This document shows positions 40,985 through 53,861 of a stretch of DNA of 64,000 bases, one piece after another. Source of the stretch: Octopus vulgaris (taxonomy: Eukaryota); the NCBI GenBank assembly GCA_951406725.2, contig OX597814.1, positions 26,288,001-26,352,000 on the forward strand. The letters run 5' to 3'. Each line of letters starts with the position of its first letter. Position 1 is the first letter of the stretch. The position numbers and the translations under genes are program-made. Under the pieces are notes generated by a model. The model did no database searches. It saw nothing but the letters and a program-made list of their open reading frames with translations, and was not told the DNA's origin.

Positions 40985-41522
40985 GGGTTTGCTAAAATGA
41001 TTAAAACATTAGGCAAAATGTCTGGTGGTGTTTGTACCAATATAAGTAATTCATTTGAAAGTCCTTCTGTAGGATCAGTATTTATGTACTTAAAGTTGAT
41101 AAGTCAGGAGTAATATAATTCACCCTATATAACTGCTCTCCCCACATTTCAGGGATTGTTTCCATGTTTTTATTTTGTTGTACCACACTTGACTTTTTGA
41201 ACCTTAAATCTAAATCTCAACTTTAATTTTCGTCCTTCTAAAGTTATTAAAGTAAACTACACATCAAGTACTGAGGTCAATATATTTTGTAATCTTGTGT
41301 CTGTATCAGAAATTACAAGATTACAAGTTTGGTAGAATGATTAAAACATCAGGCAAAATGTCTGATGGTATTACCAATATATTTACATTCTGAGTTCAAA
41401 TACTACCAAGATCAGCTTTGCCTTTCATGATTGATAAAATAAATTACCAATCAAGTACTGAAATTCATGGCATTGACAAACTTCTTTCACTCAAAATTAC
41501 TGACCATGTACTAAAATTAGAG
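40985..41522 (+). mobile_element. Two or three old tandem Meta-domain-like SINEs
   Basis: Duplicated head AATGATTAAAACAT.AGGCAAAATGTCTG at ~40997 and ~41336. CTGAGTTCAAA..CTTTGCCTTTCAT..GATAAAATAAATTACC at 41390-41450. Confidence 0.6.
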
Positions 41523-41811
41523 TATTGCTATTGTTGTTAATGCTGTTAAGATCAGAAAACTTTAAGAAGTTTTATCTAGCACATGCAAGCATGTAAACAA
41601 TAGTCATATCATCAATAAAATCTGTGTGTCTATGTGTGCATGTCTGTATATATATATATATACATACAGGCTCAGCTATGTAGTAAGAAGTTTGCTTTCC
41701 AGCCACATGGTTCTAGATTCAGTCCTACTGCATGGCGTCTTAGACACAAGAGTCAACCAAAAACTTGTGAGTAGATTTGGTAGGCAGTAACTGAAAGAAG
41801 CCCATCATGTA

Positions 41812-43102
41812 CAAGGGACGTTCAATAAGTAATGCCCCTGACCCACTTCCCATCGCAGTAGAGCAACGAAACTTGGCACAGTTATTAGTCTTTTTCTACA
41901 TAGGAACCACCCAGAGTTACGCATTTCTCCCATCGTTTGATGCAGCTCTGGAGACCGTTTTTGTAGAAGACCCCAGCTTGGTCCTCCAACCACAACGTGA
42001 CTTCAGAAATCAAGGCTGCATCATCTGGGAAACGCTTTCCTTTCAAAAACAACTTCATGGCTGGGAAGAGGTGAAAATCAGAGGGTGCAGGTCAGGAGAG
42101 TAGGGAGAATGGGGGATGAGTTCATAGCCGCATGGCTGTGCTTCTGATCTGGCAACACGCAAGTTGTGGATCGGAGTGTTGTCCTGCAGGAGGAGGATGC
42201 CTTTGCTGATCTTGCCCCGCCTCTTGATTTTCATAGCTTCTCTTAATTTCCTCAAAAGTGAAGCATAATAGACTCCTGTAATTGTGGCACCCTTTGCCAA
42301 GAAATCTGTCATCACTACTCCGTCCTGGTCCCAGAAGACTGTGAGCATGACCTTGCCAGCGGAGGGCTGCACCCTTGCCTTCTTTGGAGGGGGTGAGTCA
42401 CGGTGCTTCCACTGCATTGACTGGGCTTTGGTCTCTGGATCATAGTAATGGACCCAGGTTTCATCCTGTGTAATCAGTCTTTTGAAAAATTTTGACTCAT
42501 CTTCTTGGCACATCTTCAAATTCATCCTCGCGCAATCGACGCATTCTTGCTTCTGGAAAGGTGTGAGCAGCCCGGGAATCCATCTGGCAGACACCTTTTG
42601 CATATGCAAATGGTCATGAATGATAGTTTCCACAGACCCGGTACTAATCTTGACCTCATGGGCTATTTGGCGAATAGTTATGCGTCGATCTTCCAAAATG
42701 GCAGCCTCAACTTGACGGACAGATGCCTCATCAATGGCAGAAGGGAGCGACCAGATCTGGGAGCTGTTTCCACAAAGTTCCGACCATGTTTGAATTCACG
42801 ATGCCAGTGTTTTACAAGGTCATATGATGGGGCATCATCACCATAAGTTACTTTTATTTCATCAAAAGTCTCCCGTGGTGTGCGTCCTTTCAAATACAAA
42901 AACCGCATCACTGCTCGACACTCAACAGGCTCCGTTTCACACTTGACTCAGTTCAAACACCTGTAAATCAGAAACCACAATTAGTTCAGAGCTGTAATTT
43001 GCCACTTAATCTATAGAGATATAAATAATTGCACATGCAAAATTTCAGCTAGATCAAACAAATGCAAGTGGGTCAGAGGCATTACTTATTGAACGCCCCT
43101 CG
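41812..43102 (-). mobile_element. Full-length mariner element (DD34D), 1291 bp
   Basis: TA TSDs at 41810-41811 and 43103-43104. ~37-bp TIRs CAAGGGACGTTCAATAAGTAATGCCCCTGACCCACTT and AAGTGGGTCAGAGGCATTACTTATTGAACGCCCCTCG. Confidence 0.96.
41885..42935 (-). pseudogene. Mariner transposase pseudogene
   Basis: (M>T)EPVECRAVMRFLYLKG...WHREFKHG, WIPGLL (WVPHEL motif), TQDETW, LLLQDN, YSPDL, then after a frameshift APSDFHLF...RWEKCVTLGGSYVEKD*. Start codon reads ACG; two frameshifts (~42735, ~42090). Confidence 0.92.
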
Positions 43103-44498
43103 TATAAATGTATACACACACGCACACATATGGATGAGTTTCTTACTGTCTCCTTGCCTTGATATTGAAAAATTGTAAATGACTGTAACTGTCATACAAG
43201 TGGTACCTTTCATTTCCAATCTTCTGTCAAACCATCTATGTAATACATGTAAAGGTTGACGACAGGAAAGGCATATGACCATAGAAGTATAGTAAAAAAA
43301 ACCATTTCAATATTTGTCAATTCAACAATCCGGCTAAGACTATTTACCACACTGCACTTTTCTATCATAGCTTAAATTGAATGAGATAGAGACAAAATAA
43401 AAACCACACAACTGATGACACAAATTGTTGACACTTTGGGCAATGGCCTGGAACATTATTGACTCAGCCACCTCTGAACCTCTCTCACTCATTACAGCTC
43501 TTCAAATTATATGAAGTAGTTGGCAAATACTCAAACAAGATATCTGTAGTCTATTGGACCATGATTAAAAAGATTTCATATTGATATGAAAATTATATAT
43601 GTTGATGAACATCTACAAAAAATAAATCTAACAATATATATAATATGCATACATACGCTGACACATAAAACTGCATATACACATATAAGTATGTATGTAA
43701 GCACACACATATATATTCACACATACACACATACACATATACATGTGTATATGTATGTATATATATATGTGTGTGTGTGTGTGTATATATTCACATATAC
43801 ACATGTATGTGCTTGCTCACACACACTCACACACACACACAAACGTGCATGCAAATATAATGACTTTGGTTGAGTGGTTTAAGCTTAGACCATTAATGTA
43901 AACATGAGTTCAAATTCCACTGCTGTCTTTGAAATCTCCCTTCCTATTAAATATACTCTGCAGAATCATAAGTAGCAGAGAAGAGATACAACTGTACTTT
44001 CAAAGTTGGCTGATGAGTAGTCATGAAAACATTTGAAGTAATATAATATCAATTGTGAAACAATGAAAGATGTTCTCCAAAGGCAAACTTAAACAGCAGT
44101 CAGCATGTGTACATTAGAATCTACAAAAACTTATTAAGAATAAATAGATTGTTGTTCAAATTCTTTCTGTTTTTCATGCACCCAATTAATTATTATCAGT
44201 GTAGCAGACTTCAGCACACATCAGCAAATGCTTAATTTGGTGATTCTATAAACAAGAGCAACTACTCTTGCTTAGTTCATTGATTCAGGGTAGTTATGCC
44301 TGAAGAGACACACAATGAAATCAAACACCTGTCTCTCAAAGTCCCATTGTGCTAATGAACAGCACATATTATGAAAACACACCATCTAAGAAGAAGAGAT
44401 GCTCTTTGAAGATTAAATTCAGTGTGGTTTAAGTAAGAATGTAAACATATTCTTTCTGTGGCACTGATACACACACACCAATATTATTATTGTTATTA

Positions 44499-44790
44499 TG
44501 CATGGCCTAGTGGTTAGGATGTTGGACCCACAATCATAAGATTGTGGTTTCAATTCCTAGACCAGGTGGCGTTTTGTGTTTTTGAGCAAAACACTTCATC
44601 CAACATTGCTCTGTGATCACTTCAACACCTGACATGTGGTACACCGTGCACCTATCCAGGCAATGTCGATCTGTTGAAAGGTGTGAGCTAATGTACTGCA
44701 CATACATCTGCTCATTATAAATAAATCATCTGTGAAAGGTCGTTCATAAAAAACTGAACACCCATGTTTGTCTCTGATGGGAGAGTCCAT
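44499..44790 (+). mobile_element. tRNA-derived CORE-like SINE, family D
   Basis: TGGCCTAGTGGTTAGG A-box, GTTTCAATTCC B-box, TTGAGCAAAACACTT box, flanked by (ATT)n. Confidence 0.7.
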
Positions 44791-45139
44791 TATTATTATT
44801 ATTATTAGTAGTAGTAGTAGTAGTAGTAAGGTAGTAAACCAGCAGCATAGAGTTACCTCATCAGATAATGTCCCTTTCTTATTCTTAAACTTGGTCTGAA
44901 TACTATAGGTTAGTATTTAGATAGTTTTATAAATATGTGTGTGTGTGTTTATGTATATTTGTCTGTCTGAGTGTTTATATAATATAGAATGTCTAATATA
45001 GATTTAGGTATGTACACTGATACACACACACACACACACAGACAAATAAATACACATAAACAAGCTACACAAAATGCTTCATAATATTTCATCCGTTTTT
45101 ATGTTTTGAGTTCGAATTCTGTTGAGGTCAACTGTTATT

Positions 45140-46818
45140 ATTGAGAGCACTCTGTAATATGTTGCATTTGGTGAATAAGGGAGTTTGATGTCACTACCTT
45201 CATTTGCACCTCTTGTCACAAGGTAGGTTCATCTGGTACTCTCAACAGGAAGAGGTCCAATTTTGATTTGAAAACACCTATTATCACTTTGTGCGGGTCC
45301 CTCAGGCTCTTTACGAGGATATTAAAAGGCTGTGGGCCCCTGAAACCTAGGCTGTCGCAGTAACTGGTCCTGAAGTACAATGGCATTGGGATCTTTGGTA
45401 CTGTACAGTGTCAACCTATTCTGGCATTTGTGTAGCTTTTCAGAGACAAAATTTGGCACAATTCCTTCCAGGATCTTCCAGATGTATATTACTGCATACC
45501 TCTCCTGCCTTCATTCCAGAGAGTACAGTCTTAGCTGTTTCAGTCTTTCTCAATAACTGAGCTGTTGATATGACACGATCTTCTTTGTGAAGCTTCACTG
45601 TATTGCTCCATGGTCCACTGCTAATTTTACACTGTTGGGTGACCATAGCTGGGAGCAGTAATCCAGGCAGCTGAGGATGAATGTCCTCCAGAGGACCATC
45701 ATAGTTTCCATATCTCTGGTTCTGAACCTTCTCAGGATCCATCTAGGCAGTCGTCTGTGCTTTGTCGTCATCCTGGTAATGTGCACTTGAAAAGAGGTAT
45801 CATCACTCATGTTGATACCAGGTCCGTCACTGATTTAGGCTCTGGGATTGTAATTCCCTGTGGACCAGTGTACCCTGTAAAAAAAAAAAAGCAGTGGTCC
45901 CAAGACAGTGTTTTGTGGAACACTGCTCACTATTTGTCTTTTCATTGAGGTGGCTTCATTAGCCACTACTGCCTGACTCCTATCTTTCAGAAAGTCATGT
46001 AACCACTCTCTAAGTTTTCCAGCTAAGCTGAGATCATGCAGTTTGTGGCATATCATACCATGATCCACTTTATCAAAAGCTTTTGCAAAGTCAAGGTATA
46101 TTACGTCCACATTTGAGTTGTTGAGTAACTGCCTCTACACCCAGTCATAGTCCTGAAAGAGCTGGATCAGGCAGCTCCTACCCGGTCAAAAGCCATGCTG
46201 GGTATCATTCAGCAAGTCATTTTCTTCAAGAAAATACAATGAGTTTCCCTCTGACTATCCGTTCCATGTCTTTGCTGATGTGTGAAGTCAGAAAGATACG
46301 CCTGTACTTTTTGGCATCTGCTCTGCTTCCTCCTGTATGGATTGAGCATACCTATTATTCCCTCCTTCAGTTTGTTTGGCAGCTTGCCATTTGCAAGAAA
46401 GCTCTGGAAGAGAATCTGTAGTGGTTTCGCCAGGGCACACTAACATGATTTGTGGAAGATTGCTGGGAAACCATCAGGACCAGCAGTTGAGTTTGCATCC
46501 ACCTCATCTATGGCTAGTAGTATATCTTCTTCACTAATGTCAATATATTCCATCGTAACTGTCTTGCTTATTATAGGTGAGACAGCAAAAACAATCCACT
46601 GGTTTGTTCACTTGTCTGTGTTCCAACAGGGTGATAAAGACACTTTTGAACTGGTCATTCAGTACCTCACTGATCCCAGTTGGACTATTTGTGAAGGTGC
46701 TATCCTTTTGGAAGAGGAATCCTATTTTGCAGCATATTGAGGTTGTTTCTATGGCATAATGAAAAAAGGACTTTGGGTTTGACTTAATGTTTTTATAACC
46801 CAGGTTTCTTTGTCTGCA
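45140..46818 (-). mobile_element. CR1/L2/Jockey-type LINE ORF2 remnant (RT half)
   Basis: IKSNPKSFFHY, AGPDG, QHGF, DVIYLDFAKAFDKVDH, SVPQNTVLGPLLF, LDYCSQLWSP; many stops and deletions. Confidence 0.92.
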
Positions 46819-46819
46819 A

Positions 46820-48512
46820 TCAAGCCCTATGCATAGCACTTGTGGAAACCCACCTCAGCCTTGATATAGAGGATTCAGAAGAACACGTACCAAAATACAC
46901 CATACGGCAAACAGACAGTAGGGGAAGGAGCCATGGTGGAGTTGCTGTATACATCCATGATGACCTCACACCCCAGGTTGTACTGTCATACTCAAATTCA
47001 GTATGTGACACTCTAATTGTATTCATAAGACAACACAATATAGTCATATGTAATATATATTGCCCACCAGATGCGCCAAACCACATAGGCATGTTTGAAG
47101 ATTGCCTCACAAGAATTAAAGAAATCCTCATGAAACTGGAACACCACGTGAGCGTATTTCTTATGGGTGATTTCAACTTCCTCAACATCTAATGGCTTGA
47201 AGGAATAACTCATTACAAACAAGCACTGCTCAACCTCACCAATACCCTATTCATGGAGCAATTTGTACTCAAACCAACTAGGGTGAATAACATTTTGGAT
47301 CTCTGATGTGAAAGTGACACCAACATTAGTCTCAGATCACAACATAATAGAGCTGTCCATGTTTGGGCCGAAAGTAGCCAGAAACATACAGCCTAAACGA
47401 AGCACCCAAAATCTCCCCAATCTGAACTTCCACAAAGCAGACTGGAAATTGATCCAAAAAGAGATCCTCTGACAGGACTGGCCAAAATGTCTCTACACAC
47501 CAGAGATTGGCATGAAACTAGAATATTTCATGTCTGTTATGTAAGCCATATGCCAGAAATATGTCCCAGAGCACAAGGCCAAAATAAATAGGAACAAGAT
47601 TTCAAGGAAGAGGAAGATCCTCATGAGACAATGGACGAATGTTGCAAATCAATTCAACCAACATCCTAAAAGTAGCAAAAGGTCCCACCTAAAAACAACA
47701 CTGATGAACATTGAAAAACGCCCGCAACAATCCTATGTGAGAGAGAGAGCAGACAAGCCTGGGATATAAGAAGACTTAAGTCAAACCCAAAGGCCTTCTT
47801 TCATTATGCGAAAGAAACAGCCTCAGTACGACCTGTCTTCCAAAAGGATGTCTCCCTTACAGATAGTCCAACCAGGATCAGTGAGGTACTGATTGTCCAG
47901 TTTAAAAGTGTTGTTACCTACCCGTTGGAACACAGACAAATGAACGAACCAGTGGATTTCTTTGCCACCTCACCTATAACCTGGAATACATTGACATTAG
48001 TGAAGAAGATATATTACTAGCCATAGATGAGGTGGATGCAAACGCAGCTGCTGGTCCTGATGGTTTCCCAGCAATCCTCCACAAATCATGTAAGTGTGCC
48101 CTGGCAAAACCCCCCCAGATTCCTCTGGAGGACATTTGTCCTCAGTCGTATGGATTACTGTTCCCAGCTATGGTTTCCCAACAATGTAAAAGTAACTGTG
48201 GACCTTGAAGCAATCCAGTGAAGCTTCACAAAGAAGATCGTCTCTTTGCAACTGCTCAGCTACTGGGAAAGGCTGAAACAGCTAAGACTGTACTCCTTGG
48301 AGCAGAGGTGGGAGAGGTATGCAGTAATAAACATCTGAAAGATCCTGGAAGGAATTGTGCCAAATTTTAACATTGAAAGCTACAGAATGGGTTGACACTG
48401 CACAGTGCCAAACATCCCAGCAATGCCATTGCACTTCAGGACCAGTTACTGCAACAGCCTGGGTTTCAGGGACCCACAGCTTTTTAATATTCTCTCAAAG
48501 AGCCTGAGGAAC
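46820..48512 (+). mobile_element. Same LINE family in opposite orientation: APE endonuclease, linker and 3' ORF end (RT core deleted)
   Basis: ETHL, GGVAVYI, IYCPP, MGDFN, NILDL and SDH endonuclease motifs. 47750-48120 matches 46440-46810 reversed; 48120-48512 matches 45296-45690 reversed. Confidence 0.92.
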
Positions 48513-50904
48513 CTGATGATGATGATGATTATATACATATATATTCTCTCAATCCCCTTGGGATTCTTGCTCCCTCCTGCCACCTGGACTTTTACCACTC
48601 ACTTCACTGGATGCTCTACCTACCACTGTTGTGAGCAGTAATCATACGTACAATAATTACATGCTTACTGATGTGGGAATTTCTATATTCTCATCTGTAT
48701 TCTCAGCTTTCTCTTGTTCTCACAGTATCAATTCTGTTTTAGTTAAACTTTCCCTATGAGACACTGACAACTTATGCACACCATGCTCTGTGACTTTTTG
48801 AAACCTTACATCATTCACAAGTGTTACAATATTTTTGAAACTTTGATGTAAACTTTCTGCTCACAGAAAACTTGTAAAATCTTGGATACATTCTGGCTAT
48901 ATATTTTTATAACTGCCATTCAATGTTGAGGGTTTCACTTCATCACATGATCCATCGATGTTAGCTACAGCATCATTTACCCTGATTTATCTATAAATCT
49001 CTACCTGCAGGTTTATCTTCCCTGTCAATTTCTTTTGTAAGTTGTTCTAAAATTCTCCTCAGGTAATATGCCTTGAAGTTAGCTACCTTACTTTGATCCA
49101 TTGGGTGAAACAAGTAAGCTCTACTCTTGAGGATATATTCTACTCTCGTTATCAGAAACCTTATTTAACTTCATTGAGTGGCTTAGTACTTTGTTTAAAA
49201 GGAGCAATACTTTATTTGAAATATCACGTCTGAGACTATCTTTGTATGGCAGGACAAAGGTGTATACTTCTGATCATTTCTACATTTGTTCAGGATAATT
49301 AGTAGTATTCACTCTATCAGCACTGACAGCTTAACCAGTCATTTTTGCATTGTGCAAATTTGAGTGATCCTTAAACCTTTCTAACACCCTTTTACTAGAT
49401 TTTCCATGAGAAGTTTCACCTTCCTTGTTCTGCAAATCATCATCCAAACTTCTGGGTTTTTTTTAAATTATCATTATGCTTACACTCAAAAGCCATTTCA
49501 GTTTCAGCATCATATTAGGTTTTATGAAAAACTAAAGTATAATGTAGGTTCTTGAGCACTTGACTTAATATTGTCTCTATTGTCATCTTTTATTCCTACT
49601 GTAGACATTGCAAGTTTTAATGTCTGGTAATGAGGTTGGTTTTTTCTCCAGCATCATGTTTTTTTAAAACATCGAATTTTATATTTACTGTAATCCTTTT
49701 CACACACTCTACAGCCTCAAATTCCACTAGATGGCCTCTTTCAATGCCTCTTGAATTGTAAGTAAATCCAACAGTGACATCAACTGATCATTATCCACAA
49801 CAAATGTGTAGTATAAAAATATCACCAGGAAAGAACTGTTTTAGAGAGCACAGCATTTTTTGTTTTACTTCTGTAGATGAGATGAACCAAAGAAAATGTA
49901 AGTTAGGAGGACTGTGATTAGTTTTATGGGCACTTCACCCCTTGTATTTCTAGTTGAAGCCATAAGAACCCCAAACTCTACTCTCTCTCTCTCTATCTCT
50001 CTCAAGCACACACACACACACTATTATGTCGACATACAACATACATAGCTACAGGCATTGATGTCATGCTGATACTGTTGTTGTTGCTAATTAGTTATTC
50101 AAAAGTTATTCACTTGATAATGGTGGTGATAGTGATGATAATGGGGTGGGAGTATTGTTGTTGTTGATGGCAGTGGTGGTGGTCATATTGTTCTTGTTAA
50201 TTACATTGTTGTTGTTGAATCTAAGTCAATCCTCATTGACCTAAGATCAAAGACATTTCATTCAACTTTTGCAATACACTACAGTTCTATATAAACTAAT
50301 GTGATAGACTATTTTAGATAGAGTTTCTTAGCTTATTCATACTATTGTTACTGTCATTGTTGTTGGTCATTAAGAAGTTGGTGGATTGGTAGTAGCAGTA
50401 GTTATACTGCTTATGGCGCTGATGGTGGTTGTACCAATGTTGCTGATAATGGTGGGGATGAATGTTGATTTTGATGTGTGTGTTTGTGTATGCACATGCA
50501 CATATTTGTGTGCATGTATATGTAAATAGACACTTGCATATATACATACTTATAGTCACTTAAGAAAATGTATACAAATGCACACAAAAAATTCCACTTC
50601 ATACTCCTTAAGTTTTTATAGTAACACATACACAACCACACACACACACAACCACTCACACATATGCATGTATCTATGTAAGTATATAACAGGAATATAG
50701 TTTTTCAAATTGTTGACTATACTTTCTTGTTATATAAAACATTGAGAAACAGCTCTTTGGTTAAGAAAAAACGCAGCTTTTAAAAACTTTTAATCTATCC
50801 TAATATTCATAAGGGTGAAAGTAAGGGCCATATACTAAAAGTAGCAGTCATAGTTAACAATCTCGTTGGTGGAAACGATGGAAACTGAAGGGATCTCATC
50901 ATCA

Positions 50905-52089
50905 CTGTCATCCCTATTTTAACATCTATTTTTCCATGTTTGCATGGGTTGAATGGATTTTGTTGAGCTAAATTTTTTTAATGGCCAGATGCTCTACCTG
51001 TCACCAACCCCAACTTCTTTCCAAGTAAGGTACAAGTAGCCAGACATGTTTTCACAAAATATTGTTAACAAAGAGTATCACTTGTATGATGCTCATTTAC
51101 GACTATTACACGATGTCAAATCAATGGGTAAGTTACATACATAAACCCATGCATACACATACAAACTCACACAAATATATATAAGCACACACACACACAC
51201 ACACACACATAACTGGCTTCTTTCAGCTTCTGTCTACCAAATCCACTCAAGTCTTTCATTAGAAACACCTGACTGAGGTTCCACACTGAGGGACTGAACC
51301 CATAACCATGTGGGCTGGAAGGCAAATTTCTTAACTACAAAACTACACCTGCACTAGTATGTGTGTGTGTACATATGAGTGAGTGTGAGTGTCTGGAGGT
51401 GGGATGATTCCTTGTTTTGGTATCACATAATAGATATAAAAATGCATGGCTGTCATACAAACAATGTTTCAATTCCTCTGTGAAAACGTGTCCAGTCACA
51501 GGGAAATATTACTTTGCATGCAAACAGGTAAGGGTCGGTGGCACTAAGAATATCTGACCATACAATGTCTGCTTCAATGAATCCCCTTTGATCCATGCAA
51601 GCATGGAAAACTAGAAGTTATGAAGAGAACTGTATTTTTATATGTATATACGTGTGTGTGTGTATCATCTTCATTATTTAACATCCATTGTCCATGCTGG
51701 CATAGACTGGTCGGTGTGACCAGAACTGGCAAGCTGGGCAGGGGTGAGGCTGCACCAGACTCCAGTCTGATTTGGCATGGTTTCAATAGCTGGGTGCCCT
51801 TTCTAACACCAACCATTTTACTGAGTGTCCTAGACACTTTTTCATGGCACAGCATGAGCGCTTTTTTATGATGTTGCACAGATGCTTTTACATGGCACTG
51901 CCATGAGTGTTTTACACCACCTGAAGATTCAGTCTTAACACTTGACTGTGGTGTATGGGTCTTCTTAAATACGGCCAGGTATTTCGGTCTTTTGTCATCT
52001 CAACTGAAAGGTTCAGCTTCCTGAGGTCATTATTCAGTACTTCACCTCATATATTCCTGGGTCTCCCACTTCCACATATTCCATCCACT

Positions 52090-52095
<6 letters not shown>
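50905..52095. mobile_element. Cluster of diverged SINE pieces (50905-51350 minus, 51400-51625 plus) and RTE 3' end (51663-52095 minus)
   Basis: Similar to the family-A head and the RTE tail. Minus translation near 52060-52090 gives GICGSGRPRN (RTE GRP motif). Confidence 0.7.
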
Positions 52096-52134
<39 letters not shown>

Positions 52135-52197
52135 AAGCAAATAAATGTGAAACAAGGTGAAAAAAATAGTACTTGAATCCTGGAGGTAGAGTAATAT

Positions 52198-52329
52198 ACT
52201 TTATTGATAAAGCTGCAAAAACATCACAAAAACTGTTACTCAAAGTTTCACATTCCAATTCTGATGAACAGGAATGTGAAACTCTGAGTAACAGTTTTTG
52301 TGATGTCTTTGCAGCTTTATTAATAAAGT
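52198..52329. repeat. Long inverted repeat (59-bp arms, 14-nt spacer)
   Basis: 52198-52256 against 52271-52329, three mismatches. Confidence 0.96.
52255..52300 (+). ncRNA. Minimal type I hammerhead ribozyme motif (Penelope-like; stem I 5' strand damaged)
   Basis: CTGATGA (52261-52267), short stem II AC-aggaat-GT, GAAA (52278-52281), near-palindromic stem III CTCTGAG, NUH triplet GTA (52288-52290), then ACAGTT. Confidence 0.65.
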
Positions 52330-53811
52330 TTTATATATATATATATACACACACATATACAAATATTTATATATAAACATATGTGTGTGTGTGTATGCGT
52401 ATGTACATATAAATAGTCAGATGCGTGTATACTTATATATTGCTTTTAAGCATTACTGATAACATATAATCCATATTAATCTGTTGTTTGGTTAGGCCAT
52501 TAGTGACTAAACCAGGAATACGTCAAGTTTGCTTAGGGAATAGGGTGAATTTTGGACTCTCTGCAAGATGAAAAACAAAACTTGTCAAACAGTGGATGTA
52601 CTCAGAAGAGTCCACAGCTATCCAATTAAATGATATACATATATATATATGCATGAGGACTTAGAACTCTCTGGTTTGATACTCAGGTGTGCACTTAACC
52701 TACCAGGGTGGGTTGAACTAGAAATTATGTCAAAAGTAACTAGCCCAGGACATCTCTAATAGAAAAGCCTAAGATTTGTTGCTAATTGAGTTTGCACCAA
52801 ATTGCTGTTGTCAGCATTTCTAAGATTGTGTCTAGTCCTTCACAAGCCCTTACTACTTAAAAAATCATCCATACTGCATGTCAAACAACTTGACTACTGG
52901 CCCCTCATATGTTGAATTTAATGGGAAAATTCATTACTATTATTATAATTATTATTATTATTATTATTACCATCATCATTATGTATATATATATATATAT
53001 ATATATATGTTTGTGTGTGTGCATGTTTATATATATGTTTATGTGTGTGCATGTTTATATATATGTATATGTGTGTGCATGTTTATATATATGTATATGT
53101 GTGTGTATGTATATGCATGCGTATGCATATGTGTGTGTATACACACACATAGAAATATATATTTGAATGTAAGTTTTGTGTGTGTGTGTGTGCACAGACA
53201 CACATATTTGTATATATGCATGTAAATATTTTATGTAAAGGCCATATGATAAGAGAACAATAGATTTGCTAATAGAGAACAAGAACAATAACAGAAAAAT
53301 GTTTTCTTTCTATAGAAATAACACTGACACATTTGAAAGTAAAACTTCAAATGCTGTAGTCAACAAAATGATAAGAAGTAGTACGTCAAAGGAATTCTAT
53401 CAAATATATAACATAAGACTATCACACAAACAATCAAAATGACAAACACATATGTAAATAAACAAAACATAAAAAACACAAGCTATCTATTAGGAGAGAG
53501 CCGTCTTGGCAATACAATATAATACAGAGTAGAGCAAACACATTTTACACCACAACACTAATTTCATGCGTTTTTGTTGCTTCCAAAACGGCAACTGCTA
53601 TCTATAATCTGTTTCTTTATAGTAAAACTGTAAGCTATGTAGTGCAATAGAAAGGTGGCAGGTATGTCTTCTTTAGTACGTGGCATGCAGCCGATGTCTG
53701 TGTGTGTGTGCAGAATGGTTTGTTAGCATTACATTTGCTGTCACCTACATTTTCTTAAACCCTAGCTTTCCTTTTTCTCTCACTCTTACTTCTTCTTGCC
53801 ATGTGTATGTG

Positions 53812-53861
<50 letters not shown>

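Larger units (their letters stand above)
41665..43290 (+). mobile_element. SINE (family-A-type head) split by the mariner insertion
   Basis: Head 41665-41809 ends at CTGAAAGAAGCCCATCATG-TA. The body resumes after 43104 with a microsatellite and tail. Confidence 0.7.

Noticed and set aside
48560-49800. Possible old LINE remnant on the minus strand (also 25450-25820 plus)
   Set aside because: Only vague motif resemblance; too degraded to call without a database search.
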